Shown one piece after another: positions 21,359-34,562 of a stretch of DNA of 64,000 nucleotides (position 1 is the stretch's first letter; every line of letters begins with the position of its first letter). The stretch covers positions 372,001 through 436,000 of the forward strand of contig BDGG01000013.1 of assembly GCA_001949185.1 (NCBI GenBank). The letters are read 5' to 3'. The translations under genes and the position numbers were made by a program. The notes beneath the pieces were generated by a model. The model saw nothing but the letters and a program-made list of their open reading frames with translations, ran no database searches and was not told where the DNA came from. This DNA is from Ramazzottius varieornatus (taxonomy: Eukaryota > Animalia > Tardigrada).

Positions 21359-23709
21359 AATTCGACGAAGTCTGAGAAAACTACAGAAATTTGATGCAGT
21401 ACATATGAAAGTAAGATCAAAATTTTTCGCGACTTAGATACGAATGTTACCAGCGAATAGGTTGTCACTGTAATCCCGCTCCCCGTGTATTCTTCTTAGC
21501 AACTACCGAGTATGGTAGGCGAAGCTAAAGTAAGCCGTTTTAGCCGTTCTTAGCCGCGGCCAAAAGCGTAGTGTTGGTTGAAGTTTGATGTGTTGAGATG
21601 CTGACCAGTGGTTGCTATGCTCATGTTCCAGGTATTACTCCGAAAATCGCTTTGGTTCTCTTACAGTATACGCCAGTGCACATGTGCGTTAGTAACGACT
21701 CTTAATTACCGGTTTGCATATTCCAGACACGATATCGGAAGAAACACACGAACGGTGTCCCGTGTACAATTCTTTCGATGTTTTTGTCAAGGTGTTTGGA
21801 CTAGGTTATTCAAATCGCAAATGGCTACCAACGATATGTACCTCGCTAAGGTGCTTCACTCGAACACCCGGAAACATTAGGTGCGGAAGTATGACTTGCA
21901 ACTTTCAGGGGGAAAGATGGCAAAACATTTTCATGACTTCAGATCTCAGACATGTTGAACCACTTAGATGTCTAAACTAGTGAGGTACTTCACCACTTTT
22001 CCTGCAGGGACTTCATGCCGATACTGTAGAAACATGAGGGAAGAGGAGAACAACTCTTTTAAGCCATTTTTTTACAGCCCCGTCCGAAAAATTATTTCTC
22101 TCTCGCTGGAGATGCTCTAATTTCTGTTCATCCACATCAGTCACTAGTGCGTTCTTAGCGAACGGCAGCGTCATTTTCTTTTCTATCCGCGACAGAACGC
22201 TTCTTACACCATTTACAATTTACGTCGCGAACTTCTTTGTAGCAAACCTCAGTAGTGGTATTTTCTTTTATTCCATCGAAGTGGTTAATGATTCGTATTC
22301 TTCCTGGTGGATGAGACGTACCACAACTACGTTAGCTAGCCCTCAACGCAGTCATGTACAGCTCGCAGGCACTGATCGCTTTGAGCCGACTTTGATCCGT
22401 GACCTTTGCCGTGTCTTACGCTATCGCCGGGAACGATTCGCGCTGGGCGTTTGTGCTGCAATGCGGCCCACCTTGCCGGGTAATCGTGCAGGACGCTTTA
22501 TGGTATCGTCTTTCAGAAAAAGCGAACGGCTGTCAGGTAAACGGGAAAGTTAGCACTGCAAAAGTTAGCTTGGGCCACGCAGGTATTGATGTATGGCTTA
22601 CCGCAAGTCATTATCATAGCGGTGTAGATCATAGAAGGTGGATCTGCTCAGTATTTTAAACAGAGGTTGTCTCTTGACATACAACGCGGAAATGCTTTTT
22701 GTGTAATGGGTACGGCAAAGGAGTCTAAAGGACTAGGAAGAGATATTTTACGTTTTAAATCTTAAAAAGCGAAAAACCGTGTCCTCATAACTTGTTGTTT
22801 CAATTTAGTCTTCTCTCTTCATCGCTGTCTTCTTTCGAAGAAAAATTAAACGGGACGGTTTGACCGTCGAGAGGTAGGGACAGGCATAATCCCCTTGTAA
22901 GGTGTTTGGGCTCTGTTTTTCCACCTGGCAGTTTTCCCAGGAGGACGTGCTTTGTCAAAAGTAACACGGGCAATCGATAGCCTTCTTGTTGTTGTATGTT
23001 TCGACGTCAAGCGTATAATTTTAGAAGCGCTGGTGGCGAAAAAAGAATTGTTCTAACAAGGACGTCAAAATTTTCAGAATTACGCCACAGACATAAACAG
23101 CTTCAACAGTTTATTGTGAGACTAGAGTGGAGCTTCCTTATGCTTAGACGAAAGACGACACCATACGCTATGCTCAGTAAAAAAGAGCGGATCGAAATAT
23201 TGCTTCTGACCAGAGATAGAAGTGTTTGAAATAAGCTTTCGGAAAACGGCAATTTCATATCGAAAGACCTTATAGATTGCTTGAATTGTGAGCTAGACTG
23301 TCTGGTGATCGAGAAGTTCAAGCTGTTTTCCACGGGATACTGTTTGAATTACGGAAACTGGACTACGGGAGTACGGGTTCAAAAGACGAAAAGAAGCGAA
23401 GGCCATCGGTGCCCATGGCCCGTGAGCGTGACTGTATATGTTGCCGTCAAATCACACCAACAACTTGACCGGAAATAATAAAAACTGCAGGCGTCAGAAA
23501 GTAAACTGGCTGCCGCCGGGTGGTTAATGCCGAAGACTTCTGGAGCGTGGAAGCTGGCTGCGTGTTCGGAGAAGTGCAGGAATGTCAATAAAAAATATTG
23601 AGTGACAACAGATTTGGGAAAAGGCAAGCGTAGAAACGACCAGCGTGAGTAATCAAGATTAACAGTAAAAAACACAAGTCCGAGTGTGAAAGAAAGAGAA
23701 GTAAAATAC

Positions 23710-26700
23710 TCAAGCAGTCAGACGTTCCTTCTCCGAAGGTGTATCGGGAGGAATCGGAGTAGCATACCCGGTCTCATACCCGTCTATCGCCGATGATGAT
23801 ATTATCGAAGGGTCCCCGATAACCGCGCCATTAGTCGTAGCTACCACGGCATCTTTCAGCCGCTGCTGACGTTTCCGTCGTTGCAGTATCAGCGTCACAC
23901 CGATGTACAAGAGGCAGACGATACCCGAGCCGATACCGAAGGCCCGCCAGGCTGCTCGTCCACCGTACGTCCCGTAGACGGTCCCACCTATCAATCCACC
24001 CAACGCGATACCTACGAAATAGAGACTTTATCGTACTCTTGAATGCTTCTTTGCATTGGTGTTACCTTACCGAAGCCATCGTAGATACCACCAAGAACGC
24101 CTTGCATGGTCGCCACGCCACCTGGAGGTGATTTCGCGTAGGCGAACGTGGCCATGTTGGCGTAGAACAGACCGAAACCCGGTCCGTGAAGCAGTTCTAA
24201 CACCAGTGCCCACCAGGAGTAATGGGTAAGCAGAGAGTAAGCAATGTAGCGAAGGCAGAAGGAACCCAGTGCTAGGACCATGACGCCATGATGGCCCATG
24301 CGGGCTATTAGCCATTGTGAGAGGAACATGAAGGGAACCTCGCCCGCACATTCAGCCAGTTGGCTCAGTCCCATCAACGCTGGAGCTGCGCTTAGCTCCA
24401 TAAGGTAAAGGAAGAGAAACGCGTAGAGCAGGCCCGTACACATCCCCACGAAGAACGTGGCCGCACTGCAGAAACACAGGTTCAGGAAATTCAAAGAAGA
24501 TAAACTTCTGGAAAACGTGAAAAGCCAGAAGTCAAACTACTGCCCTTCCGATCGCAAAGCGAGCAGCCCACCACTCATCCATATGCATAATCCATGACTA
24601 ACCAGAATATGCAAGTGATGATAGTGCAGTGGATGGTGGTCTGACTCGCGGTCGGAGGGTCGCTAGTGCGACTCACGGATCTTCGCTTTTAACATTTAAT
24701 TTTATCTGATATCTACCTGAAAACGAGGAACTCAAAATCGGCAAACAGCCGAAAGACATTCCGTACGACTTGCGAGGAATGTATATCGACAGACGGTCTC
24801 AAGAACCACGCCGTGATGATCGCACAAGAAAGAAAGACGACAAAGCCATAGAAAGCTGGTCTGTAGTCGAGCTCGCTGGCTTCCGGCGATCGTTCCGAAA
24901 AGTTGTTCATCAGCAAGCCCACCAGCACTGCGGCCACAGCCCAGCCAATACTACCAAACACTCTCTGAGTCCCGTACGACACAGCTTTCTTCTGTTGACC
25001 GATGATGTCGAAGGCCACCGAGTCGCCCATAGTGTACGCCGCTGTGAAACCAACTCTACCGATCGTCATGACGATCAGGAACAACCAAAACTGGTAGGTG
25101 AACCGAACGAAATTCTTGTTGGCTTCTGCTGCATTACAAAGCACGGCCGAACAGTTGTCGGACTGCAGTGAACCATCGCAGCGCTTCGTTTCTTTATCGT
25201 GGATGATATTTACGGGATAACTTCCACCTGAAAACAACCACAGCGGATATTCAGTCAAAATCTCAGCTTAGCAACACAACACAAGAGCGTTTTTGCAAGT
25301 GGCGCATGCAGTAAGTCAATAACACTGCAAACATGCGCCACTCGAAAAACATCATTCTCGTTTTCCCAAGTGGCGCTCACTTTTGGCCGCTAATAATATT
25401 ACATTTCACATTACATTACAACTTCCCCGTGGTTGTAATGTCGTGTAAAAGTGGAATTGTAATGCAAAATGTAATGCTCATCATTAACTGCAATCAATCG
25501 AAACTTGATTTCCGCCGATTTCGCACTAAGATTTTTATTGCACTGCGCTCCGACAGTTTCTTCGCATTGGGATCACACTTTGATTTTCCAACCTGTTTGA
25601 GTGATTGCTGTGAAGGTCGACTGAAGGTTATGAATGGTAGACTGAAGAACCAATCTTGCACACTTAGCTTCGCAAGAGTAATCAGCTGTTCACATATTAC
25701 GTCAGAAAGACGTAATGAAGTGACGTAGATAAAAAGCTGACTGTTCGCTTCGCAAAATTCTTGATGAAAATATCATCTGTGACGTACGAAGATTACCGGA
25801 GAGAATACAGTAACAATGAAAGCAGTGCTGGCAAAAGTAATGATGAGCATTACATTTTACACTACAACTACACTTTTACACGACATTACAAACACGGTAA
25901 AGTTGTAATGTAAATGTAAAATGTAATTACAACTTTTACCTGCCAGAATCTGCGGTATTTTTGGGTATTTTGCCGCCAGAAATCTGAAATTCGGCTGACT
26001 TACGCGGAAAAATGTCAGAAACTTCCTGAGTATGGTCATTTCTCAACCGTATTTTTATCTTTGTCTGGAACACAATTACTAAGATCTATATTCTATGCAA
26101 ACATAGACATAGCTGGTTCGTCGTTTTCGTCGCTCCTTGTCACTTTTAGGCGTTACAAACCGCTCGGTCTGTAAAATGTAAACTAGTGTAAAATGTAATT
26201 ACACTTTTACAATTACACTATTTTACATTACACTTTCCATTACACGGACCATCTGTGTAATGCTCATCATTAGGCAAAAGTACGATATTATCGTATCGTA
26301 CGATTCGTATCGAAATATATCGATACTGCTGCGATACGATATCGAGAAGATATCATATCCAGATATCGATATGGCAGAGATATCGGAAAGCACAATACGA
26401 TATTGGCAAATGCTTTATTGGAAAATATCGTATCGTATTTTCGCCAGCACTGAACGAAAGTGTGCCCCACCTGAGGAAACAATCTTGTTGAGATTCTCAG
26501 TTTGAATTTTACCGCTTGAAGGAAAGCTTGAGTTTCTCTCGGGGACGAACTGTAAAGGCCTTGGAGCATCCGGTGAAATGTCCAGAATGTTGAATGCGTA
26601 CTGGTAGTCGGTGAATGTACACTGTACCGACGCATACTCCATTCCCGCTCCATTTCCGGTGCCTTTGGTGCAGAACACCAAGTCGGACGAACCATTCAGA

Positions 26701-27220
26701 CCCAGCCATGAACCGTCCGGGTTACAGGTGAAGTGGACGGCTGCACGACCGGGGGGATCTACTGGCATGGCGGGTAAGAAGAAGACGAGGAAGGTGAAGA
26801 CGCATTGTATTATAACGGCGATCAGTAGCACCAGTCTGTGAGCGTTCAGCTTGTCTGCGACGATCCCCACGAGTGGTTTGGATAGGAGTCCAACAAAGGG
26901 GAGAATACCGTAGATAACTCCTAGTTCACCGGCAGTGAAACCAAGCGCGTATCCGAATACTGGGAGGTAAGGAACGATGCAGGCCAAACCTGGAGAACAA
27001 TTCAAAATGAAATCCAGTGTACTCGACCGTTTCAGAACAGAGAGACCGCCCACGTGGTTCAGTATGACCAGAACATACGAAACGGACCCCGTAATTACCG
27101 GCTAGATATGAGACGCACCAATCAACTCATGCCAATCAACTCACCTGCCAAATACGTGAAAAAGTAGATTTTCAGAGGGATCAGCCCGCGGTTAACTTCA
27201 CAGTCCATTCCTGATGTCAT
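23710..27220 (-). CDS. MFSD6: MFS domain-containing protein 6-like transporter (multi-exon)
   Basis: LIPLKIYFF, GIVADKL, YGTQRVFGSIGW, EVPFMFLS, ELLHG, ATMQGVLGGIYDGFG; GT-AG introns. Confidence 0.88.
25823..26452. mobile_element. hAT-type MITE (CAGTGCTGGC ends) hosting a second hAT MITE
   Basis: TIR CAGTGCTGGCAAAAGTACGATA / TATCGTATTTTCGCCAGCACTG; 8-bp TSD AATGAAAG/AACGAAAG. Confidence 0.8.
25838..26272. mobile_element. hAT-type MITE, copy 1
   Basis: TIR TAATGATGAGCATTACA; perfect 8-bp TSD GGCAAAAG; second copy at 33748-34562; inverted fragment at about 25398-25487. Confidence 0.9.
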
Positions 27221-28336
27221 TGATGGTCCTGACTAACAGCAAAGACTTTCCAAGAGAAAAAAGAACAGCAATGCAGCATCCAGCACTCATATATAACGAA
27301 CGAACTGCGAAGTTACGTTCTGAACGGGAAAACAATCATGACCAGCAGTCCAGAGATAACAGCTGTCAGTCTTGACAGGCATTTGAATGCGCTTATCACT
27401 TTTCAGTGTTCAGCAACACAAGTATCAGAGTTCACGCCATGCAGGGTTGTCGTGCCTTGAACACGGAGGAACAACGGAAATGGGGCCTTGAAAGATTTGA
27501 ATGTTGCAAGCGAGAAGAAAAAGTGGAGCCGATTCAAAATCAAAAATAAAAATTGACAACTAAATCCTACCCCTTTGGGTTACCAACTGCGTTACTTTCG
27601 GTGCGCGAAATCGATTAATCAAGCTATCAAATTAACTCAGCTGTACACGCGCCTGACCTAATTCCCGGCATGGATAAAACTCTCGGCCACAGGCCGAAAG
27701 GGGCAACGCTTCAATTGATTGGCCAGTTTTGCTTGCGCCTGCCGCTTTCGACTAACTTACAGTGTACGAAAAAATTAACCGTTAAAAATGGGCGTAACAC
27801 TTCAGCTAGAGCTCATTTACAACTCAGCCAATCAGAGTTATACTTTGCTGCATGCGGAAATGTCATTGGCTTTATCCATCTGGCTCCATCTAACACCCAT
27901 TTTTAACGGTTTATTTTGTCGTACACTATAGTAACCGGAAAGCAGTGTTATTCCGATTATTGTAATACTTAATTGAAAATGGCTGATTTTGGCCTTTTTG
28001 GAATTCCGATACAACAATTCAAATTGAGAACCTTTTGCCAGCGTATTTGGATGTTAATCGGAATTCAAATTCAATTGGGAAATGGTCAGAGTATTTCAAT
28101 TCGTAATTCGAATCACACAATGGCTTAACTGAAATAAGCACAATTGGAATAGGACACTACGGTCGATTTGAACTAGCGCCTTATCACGACAAAATCACAA
28201 GTTTAAGTTCGCCAGTTAAATCTACAGCTGTCAGCATTAAGCCCGCAGTACAATCCGCCAATTTGTCCCCGAATTTAGCGCATTCAGACGCCAGCACATC
28301 GGGGCTTATTTTCGCAGTCCGTCTCTCGCGACTATA

Positions 28337-28603
28337 GAAGGCTCGGCGAAGCTTTAGCCGTTCTTAGCAGCCGTTCTTAGCAGTGGCCAGAAATGTTATA
28401 GCCGCGGCTAAAATGTATTGTGCGTCCGATTAATTTATTGATGTTTGAGTTGGCTAAGATAGTTTTGGCATCAATAAATCATTCGAACGCACAATACATT
28501 CTAGCCGTGGCCAAAAGTATTTTAGCTGCTTTGGCCGCGGCCAAAATATTTTTAGCCACGGCTAAGAACGGCTACAACAGCTTATTAGCTTCGCCGAACC
28601 TTC
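28337..28603. mobile_element. Palindromic element with internal TAGCCG repeats
   Basis: TIR GAAGGCTCGGCGAAGCT / AGCTTCGCCGAACCTTC; fragment at about 21512-21565. Confidence 0.65.
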
Positions 28604-29415
28604 GATACTCACGACTGCGTAGCACTGATCGTTCATTTGATGAGAAGACAAATTCGCATATTATCGCCGGAAGTGAAGCCATAGAATTTTCGAATGACTT
28701 TGTGAAACGTTCAGAATTCATCGCTGGCCTATCACTTTCAGACTGACATCTCAGTCATCGTCAAAGATCAGAACAACGGGAAGCGGAAGACCGATGGCTG
28801 AAGAAGCCTTTTTCGAGCACATCTCCCAAAGAATCCGGCGTGGACTTGAATGCTCCGAGAATTCCGTGCCTCCACCGTCTACATCTGCAACCATTGAGCT
28901 GAGCATTTCTGTTGGAACTCCGAACGGTGGAGTCCCAAATGTAAAGAAGTCTGCAGGGGGAAGGAAGGTCATACTATATTGAAAATTGAAATTACCAAAC
29001 GACGTCATAATAATTCAAATAAATCGGGTTGCTGTCGGAAGCTGAATTCCGATTAATCGTAATCTTCGGTTAAGTAACGACGAACTACCGGGAATTCGAA
29101 TTACGGATACGGGAAGAATTTCGATTAATCGTAATTGTAATTCAAACGGCGAAAGTCTTATCGGGACAACACTGCCGGAAAGTTTGTTCAGGCCGAGAAT
29201 TAGGCCAGGCGCCTGCATAAGGCTTGTGATTGTCCGGTGTCCGAACCACCGCCTTATCGGAAGGCAAGACACTCCGATCAAGCGGTTGATTAATTGCGGT
29301 ATGCGAATATGGAGGCGGAGCGAACATCTTTTACGTCATCGACCATCCAACCAAAACAGAAGACTCCCGGCTGGTGGTGCCGGCGTTGTAGAGTTAGCCA
29401 CTGTCGCCCACCGAA

Positions 29416-29543
29416 TACTGTAATAATGCTTCTTGAAATTCGCGAACTGACGTCGCAATACGCGTAAAGTTCACGGGTGTGATGACGCATACAGCACGCG
29501 CTTACCATGACGAAATTCGCGGATTTCAAGGAGCATTACAGTA
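29416..29543. mobile_element. MITE (TACTGTA...TACAGTA)
   Basis: TIR ..AATGCTTCTTGAAATTCGCGAA / TTCGCGGATTTCAAGGAGCATTACAGTA. Confidence 0.7.
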
Positions 29544-30821
29544 CTACTAGCTAGTGGTCCTTACTCCTGACCACTGGGACGGCCGAGCAAAGGAGGCAAA
29601 CCGTTACACAGCACACACTTAACAGCGTTGTGTTGCCTGGTCCTGGTAATCGTCATTCCTCGGACTTCCGCAACTCCCCTGGTACCACAGGAAAGTTTGA
29701 AAATTCACCAGGCGCAACCCCCTGCCGCCTCCATGCTCTGGAGCATTGTTGTTCCGATAAGACTTTTTCAATTACAATTGCAATTACGATTAATCAAAAT
29801 TTCTCGCGCAGCAGCAATTTGAATTGCGCCTACTTCATCCTGGCTGGATTATCAATTACGATTAATTCAAATATGACTTTCGACTACAATTGAAATTATT
29901 TGGATTATTGCGATAGTGGTTTGTTATTTCGGTTTCCATAAAACTGGCATTTCTGTTCAGTACTCCGCGCGGGATGGATAAGCGTCTAGAATGACTCCCT
30001 GGTCTTTCGTGTAGACTACGTCGTTCCCGGTATCCACTACGGATGGCTGCCGTCAAAACCGACTGTTGTGCACTACGAAGGAGCCGCGGTACATCGCGTA
30101 AGCGTAAACTTGATCCCCAGTTCAGAGACATAATCCTAGACAGGCCCACTAGGTGTTGGTTACGCGGAACAGGACGCACTGCAGCTCTTCTGCTAAGCAC
30201 TACGTACGCTTTGTAATCCTGAGCGGCGGTGCAGCACGCACCAGCGCACCGCTGCTCAGTCAATCAAGCACTTGCGGTGCTTCATAAGGTGAAAAAACGA
30301 TATACCTACGTGCATATCGCGTGCCTCTCATTGACGGTCACTACTTGAATTACCAACATCTTGGATTTCATATTGTACATTAAGATATCGTCGCGTCTCT
30401 GGGATTCCAATTCAATGCCGATTAATATCGAAATGCACAATATAGAATTCATGCAAACGCGGATCTTCCCTTTTCCACCTTTTTTCTTCTGTCCTTTTCG
30501 TGCAAGAGTTTTATTTGGCAGAGCTCGATACTGGGTTCCCGTTTCATCACAGTTGAAAATGCCGTCTGTGACGAAAATTGCACATCCAGCTGCATGAATA
30601 ACCCAGCCGCCACTGGCTCAGCTCGGCCTCGTGTAAGCATGGATGGCGTTGAACGGATTCTATACGAGCGTGATCAGTCTGGATGGGTGATTTTCCCAAC
30701 AAAAGCAGAGAACGGTCAGCGAATACAGCGCGGGTGAGCGTATCTTGGTGGTCGTATGAGACAGTTGAGAAAATCGCCCGTCCAACACTGATCGTGATCG
30801 CCGTTGTAGACAGTAGACTTA

Positions 30822-31540
30822 GGCCGTGTTCACTTAGTGGTAGTCTACTAGGTCGTTATGAGGATTGTGATGAACCTGCGTTCAACCCAGCAGTGGGTTA
30901 CTCATAACAACCCAAAAATCGTTCACAAAGTCGAAAAATTATGCGATGAGTCATTTCAACCCCGTTTCATCTAACCTCGTCGCCGACTACGTCGACTTTA
31001 TGAACGCATCAGGGTAGGCAACCAGCGTAGCCAACAAACTCCATTATAAAGCGCCTACCAGAGCTACTAGAAAAAAAGACTGGTAGCTTTCTACCCCGCA
31101 CTGGAGAGTGCTACTGATGCGTTTTATCTCTCCACCGAGTTTTCATTTTTCTCCTTATCTCTTCCGATATGAAGATGGAGCTTCCGAATGATCAGTTTGA
31201 TCCAGTCAGGGTTGCTGTGATGGCCTTGGCATCATCTCTTCGTCCGGCCGAGCCCGATACTCGGTCTTGTTGGGACGATTAGAGAGAAATGGCGCGAATA
31301 GGAAGCGCAAATGAAGAGCAAAGCTCGAAAGTAACTAGCGAGGTTGCGATTGCTGGTTGATCGCATTTTCCACCGTATTTTGTGAACGCTGGTTCGTCGC
31401 TATATTTCGGTTTACTGTGGGGTTGATTGAAATTTCGCCTACTACACCAACTAGCTTTTTCAAGCGTTCAGAAAGTCTGCGTAGTTTTTCATAACGACCT
31501 CGTCACTCACAACGATCCAGTCGAGAAAATGTACACGGCC
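30822..31540. mobile_element. PIF/Harbinger-type non-autonomous element
   Basis: GGCCGTGT...ACACGGCC ends with TTA target duplication. Confidence 0.65.
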
Positions 31541-32152
31541 TTACATAGCAAGATTTTTCACCCTGGTCAAGTCGTGCAAATTTTTAGAGTGCTGAGTTTG
31601 TGAAAAGGCCATGACTGAACATTGGGATCGTCCATTGGAAACGTGACAGACTTATAAAAGCCTCGCTTCGCTCGGCCGGATGAGCAGGCCCTGGCAAACT
31701 TACGATTTGACATCGCGGCTTTGTAAGAAGCGGCTAACAAGTCACCTTCTTTCGCATGAATGTAGTATCCTCGGTTCTTCGTCGTAACGCGCTTCGTCGA
31801 GTTGGTTTCCAAACAACGCTAGTGCATGCAACTGTCGAATTCTTCGTCAGTGAAGTGTTCTACCCTTAGATGGGTTTGCGTATGATACGGCCGAAACGTT
31901 CGAACATGGGGTCTCGGTTTCTGTACGGGACAAGGACACGTTTGTTTTCACAGAAGACGACTTGACTGCGGCGAACACGCTAATCCAGAAATTCGATAAC
32001 GCTCACAGAAATGTACTACCAGTATGTCCCAACCCTGCTGTTCTCTACTGCGTGTGGCGTAACATCTTCCTCCGTTTCCGGAACGGACTGTTACTCGTTT
32101 GAAAGCCGATTTGACCCTAACCTGTCTCTTGAAATGGTGCGGCAGACACAGC

Positions 32153-32309
32153 ACGAGGGAACGGTTGTTGGGTTAGACTTCCCAACTTTCGGTTGTTGAG
32201 TTAGCCCCACCTTTCAACCAGCAGGCCTTTTGATGACCTACTCCTAATAACCGCCGGCTAACTCAAGAATTCCGCCACAGGCCAGCTAACTCAACAGCCG
32301 TTCCCTCGT
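32153..32309. mobile_element. MITE
   Basis: TIR ACGAGGGAACGGTTGTTGGGTTAG / CTAACTCAACAGCCGTTCCCTCGT; partial inverted copy at about 32845-32912. Confidence 0.7.
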
Positions 32310-32318
32310 ACAACAAGA

Positions 32319-32548
32319 CAGCGGTGTCGCGGCGAACAGGATTTTGCGGAAAAATATTTTATTGTCTGTATTGCCCTTGACGTCACGATCAGCTGATCGC
32401 TGACTCGGTTAATTTAAGCCAACCCGATTCTACGAGACGACTCCGTGGGTGCAACGTGCGTACACGGTTAATGTCGTGGCTCGGCTCGTGACGTAAGGAC
32501 CGATGTTGCCATTCCCTGACTGTTTCCCTGTTCGCCGCGGCATCGCTG
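32319..32548. mobile_element. MITE
   Basis: TIR CAGCGGTGTCGCGGCGAACAGG / CCTGTTCGCCGCGGCATCGCTG. Confidence 0.65.
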
Positions 32549-33290
32549 CAGCAAGAGTAACTGCCCTATGCTATTTCGATTGTTGAAGAAAACGATACGT
32601 ACAGTACTGTACATCCATTATCATGATATTTTACTGTACAATCGGGCTGACCGTATCTTGACGGTGCATTTACAGTATTTTCGTTAGGTTCAGCCCGAGA
32701 AACGAGGAAGCACTTTGATGCTACATGCACGGAGACGTGGAAGGTTTTGTGCGAGCTACCCGACCACTGGCAGCCGAAATTTTGTACTGGTAATTGAGTT
32801 TCCGGGTCTAGCTGTTTCGATTGATGGACACAGTAATAATAGGAGGGAGCCGTTGTTGAGTCAACCGGCCTGTGGCGGAGTTCTTGAGTGAGCCAGCGGG
32901 TATTAGGAGCAGCTCCAAACGGATAAACGCTTTGTACGAAAACACCAGATGTACGTAAGATCTACAGTTACTATAGACTGTAGATCTGAGCCGGCTTAGT
33001 GGCGGACACTGCATGTTTTGACTGTACGGAAGCCATGGACATTCTGTAGATCTACAGCGCAATACCGTAAGGACGACTGTCCACGATCTACAGTGCCGTT
33101 GTTTTGTTACGCAAAGCAGAAAAGGGCAAAGGGAGGCCAGGCTTGAACCTACACCGGTGAGTGATCTGCAGTACAGCTCTGACCAAAGAGTAAGGGAGCT
33201 GACCAACTGGCGTACCGTGTGAAAATCTTGAATTTAAAAATGCTTCGATGTGATAGAAAAAACAGCCGTCTACAGAATGTCTACAGTGTA

Positions 33291-33733
33291 CACGCACGAC
33301 GAGATATTACGGGCCAGTAGAGATTACGGACCAGGCCCTTTCGCTACAGCGGCACCGACAGGTGATTCTTGCTTCAAATGAAAACCACATCGAAGGCTGC
33401 ACTGCTGTACGTGCGTGCTGGATATTGGGCCGAGGAGCTAAAGCTTGTCATCTTAATGTTACAGCAGCCAGATCTTCATTATACCTTCAACGGTTCAAAC
33501 GATTCCAAGACTTCTCCGGCCTCCGGGAGAAAGTCGACAGTAGCATAAAAGCGTTGGAATAAAACAGCTGATCAGCTGATGGCCACTGTCCATGACAATT
33601 TTCTACGGTTGAGTTTTACTACGCTACGTCATTTGTGCGAAATCTGTTTCTGACTTCCATAAAAATCGTAAAGTTGCCGTCTTTTCCGCCTGGCCCGTAA
33701 TTTTTACTGGCCCGTAATATCTCGTCGTGCGTG
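33291..33733. mobile_element. Tc1/mariner-type MITE
   Basis: Perfect 29-bp TIR CACGCACGACGAGATATTACGGGCCAGTA with TA TSD; related ends at about 12572 and about 56505-56570. Confidence 0.85.
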
Positions 33734-33747
33734 TAATGTACGTTAAC

Positions 33748-34562
33748 TAATGATGAGCATTACATTTTACATTACAATTACACTTTTACACGACATTACA
33801 CGGGGAAGTTGTAATGTAAATGTAAAATGTAATTACAACTTTTACCTGCCAGAATCTGCGGTATTTTTGGGTGTTTTGCCGCCAGAAATCTAAAAGTCGG
33901 CTGACTTACGCGGAAAATGCCAGAAACTTCCTGAGTATGGTCATTTCTCAACCGTATTTTCATCTTTGTCTGGAAGACAATCACCAAGATCTATATTCTA
34001 TGCAAACATAGACATAGCTGGCTCGTCGTTTTCGTCGCTCCTTGTCACTTTTAGGCGTTACAAACCGCTCGGTCTGTAAAATGTAAACTAGTGTAAAATG
34101 TAATTACACTTTTACAATTACACTATTTTACATTAGCTAGACTCAAAGCTGGCGTTTACCCAAATTTGGGCCGTTTGTTTAGCTAAACGGACGTTGGGAT
34201 TGATCAAGCTCGCCAAACAGACCCCGCCCACTCAGTTTAGCTAAACGGATTGAAATCGTCCATTTAGCTAAACGGAGCCTGTTAATCGCCTCCGTGATGT
34301 CGGCATCGTGCGCGAAAATGTTCCGCTCAAAAAACTCCCTTCAATTTTTCTGACGTCACAGCCTTTTCTGCGTACTTTGGTATGCTAGACTGTGATTGAT
34401 TATTTCGGTACTCAGACCTGAAATATCAATTGATTACGTGCTTGGTTGATTTACTTAAACAAACGCCGTTTTTAAACGACTACTTTTACGTAAACGCCAG
34501 CTTTGAGTCTAGCTATTACACTTTCCATTACACGGACCATCTGCGTGTAATGCTCATCATTA
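33748..34562. mobile_element. hAT-type MITE, copy 2, interrupted by a nested element
   Basis: Same TIR as 25838-26272; 8-bp TSD ACGTTAAC. Confidence 0.9.
34136..34515. mobile_element. Nested MITE (Harbinger-like)
   Basis: TIR GCTAGACTCAAAGCTGGCGTTTAC; TTA on both sides; absent from copy 1 of the host MITE. Confidence 0.8.
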
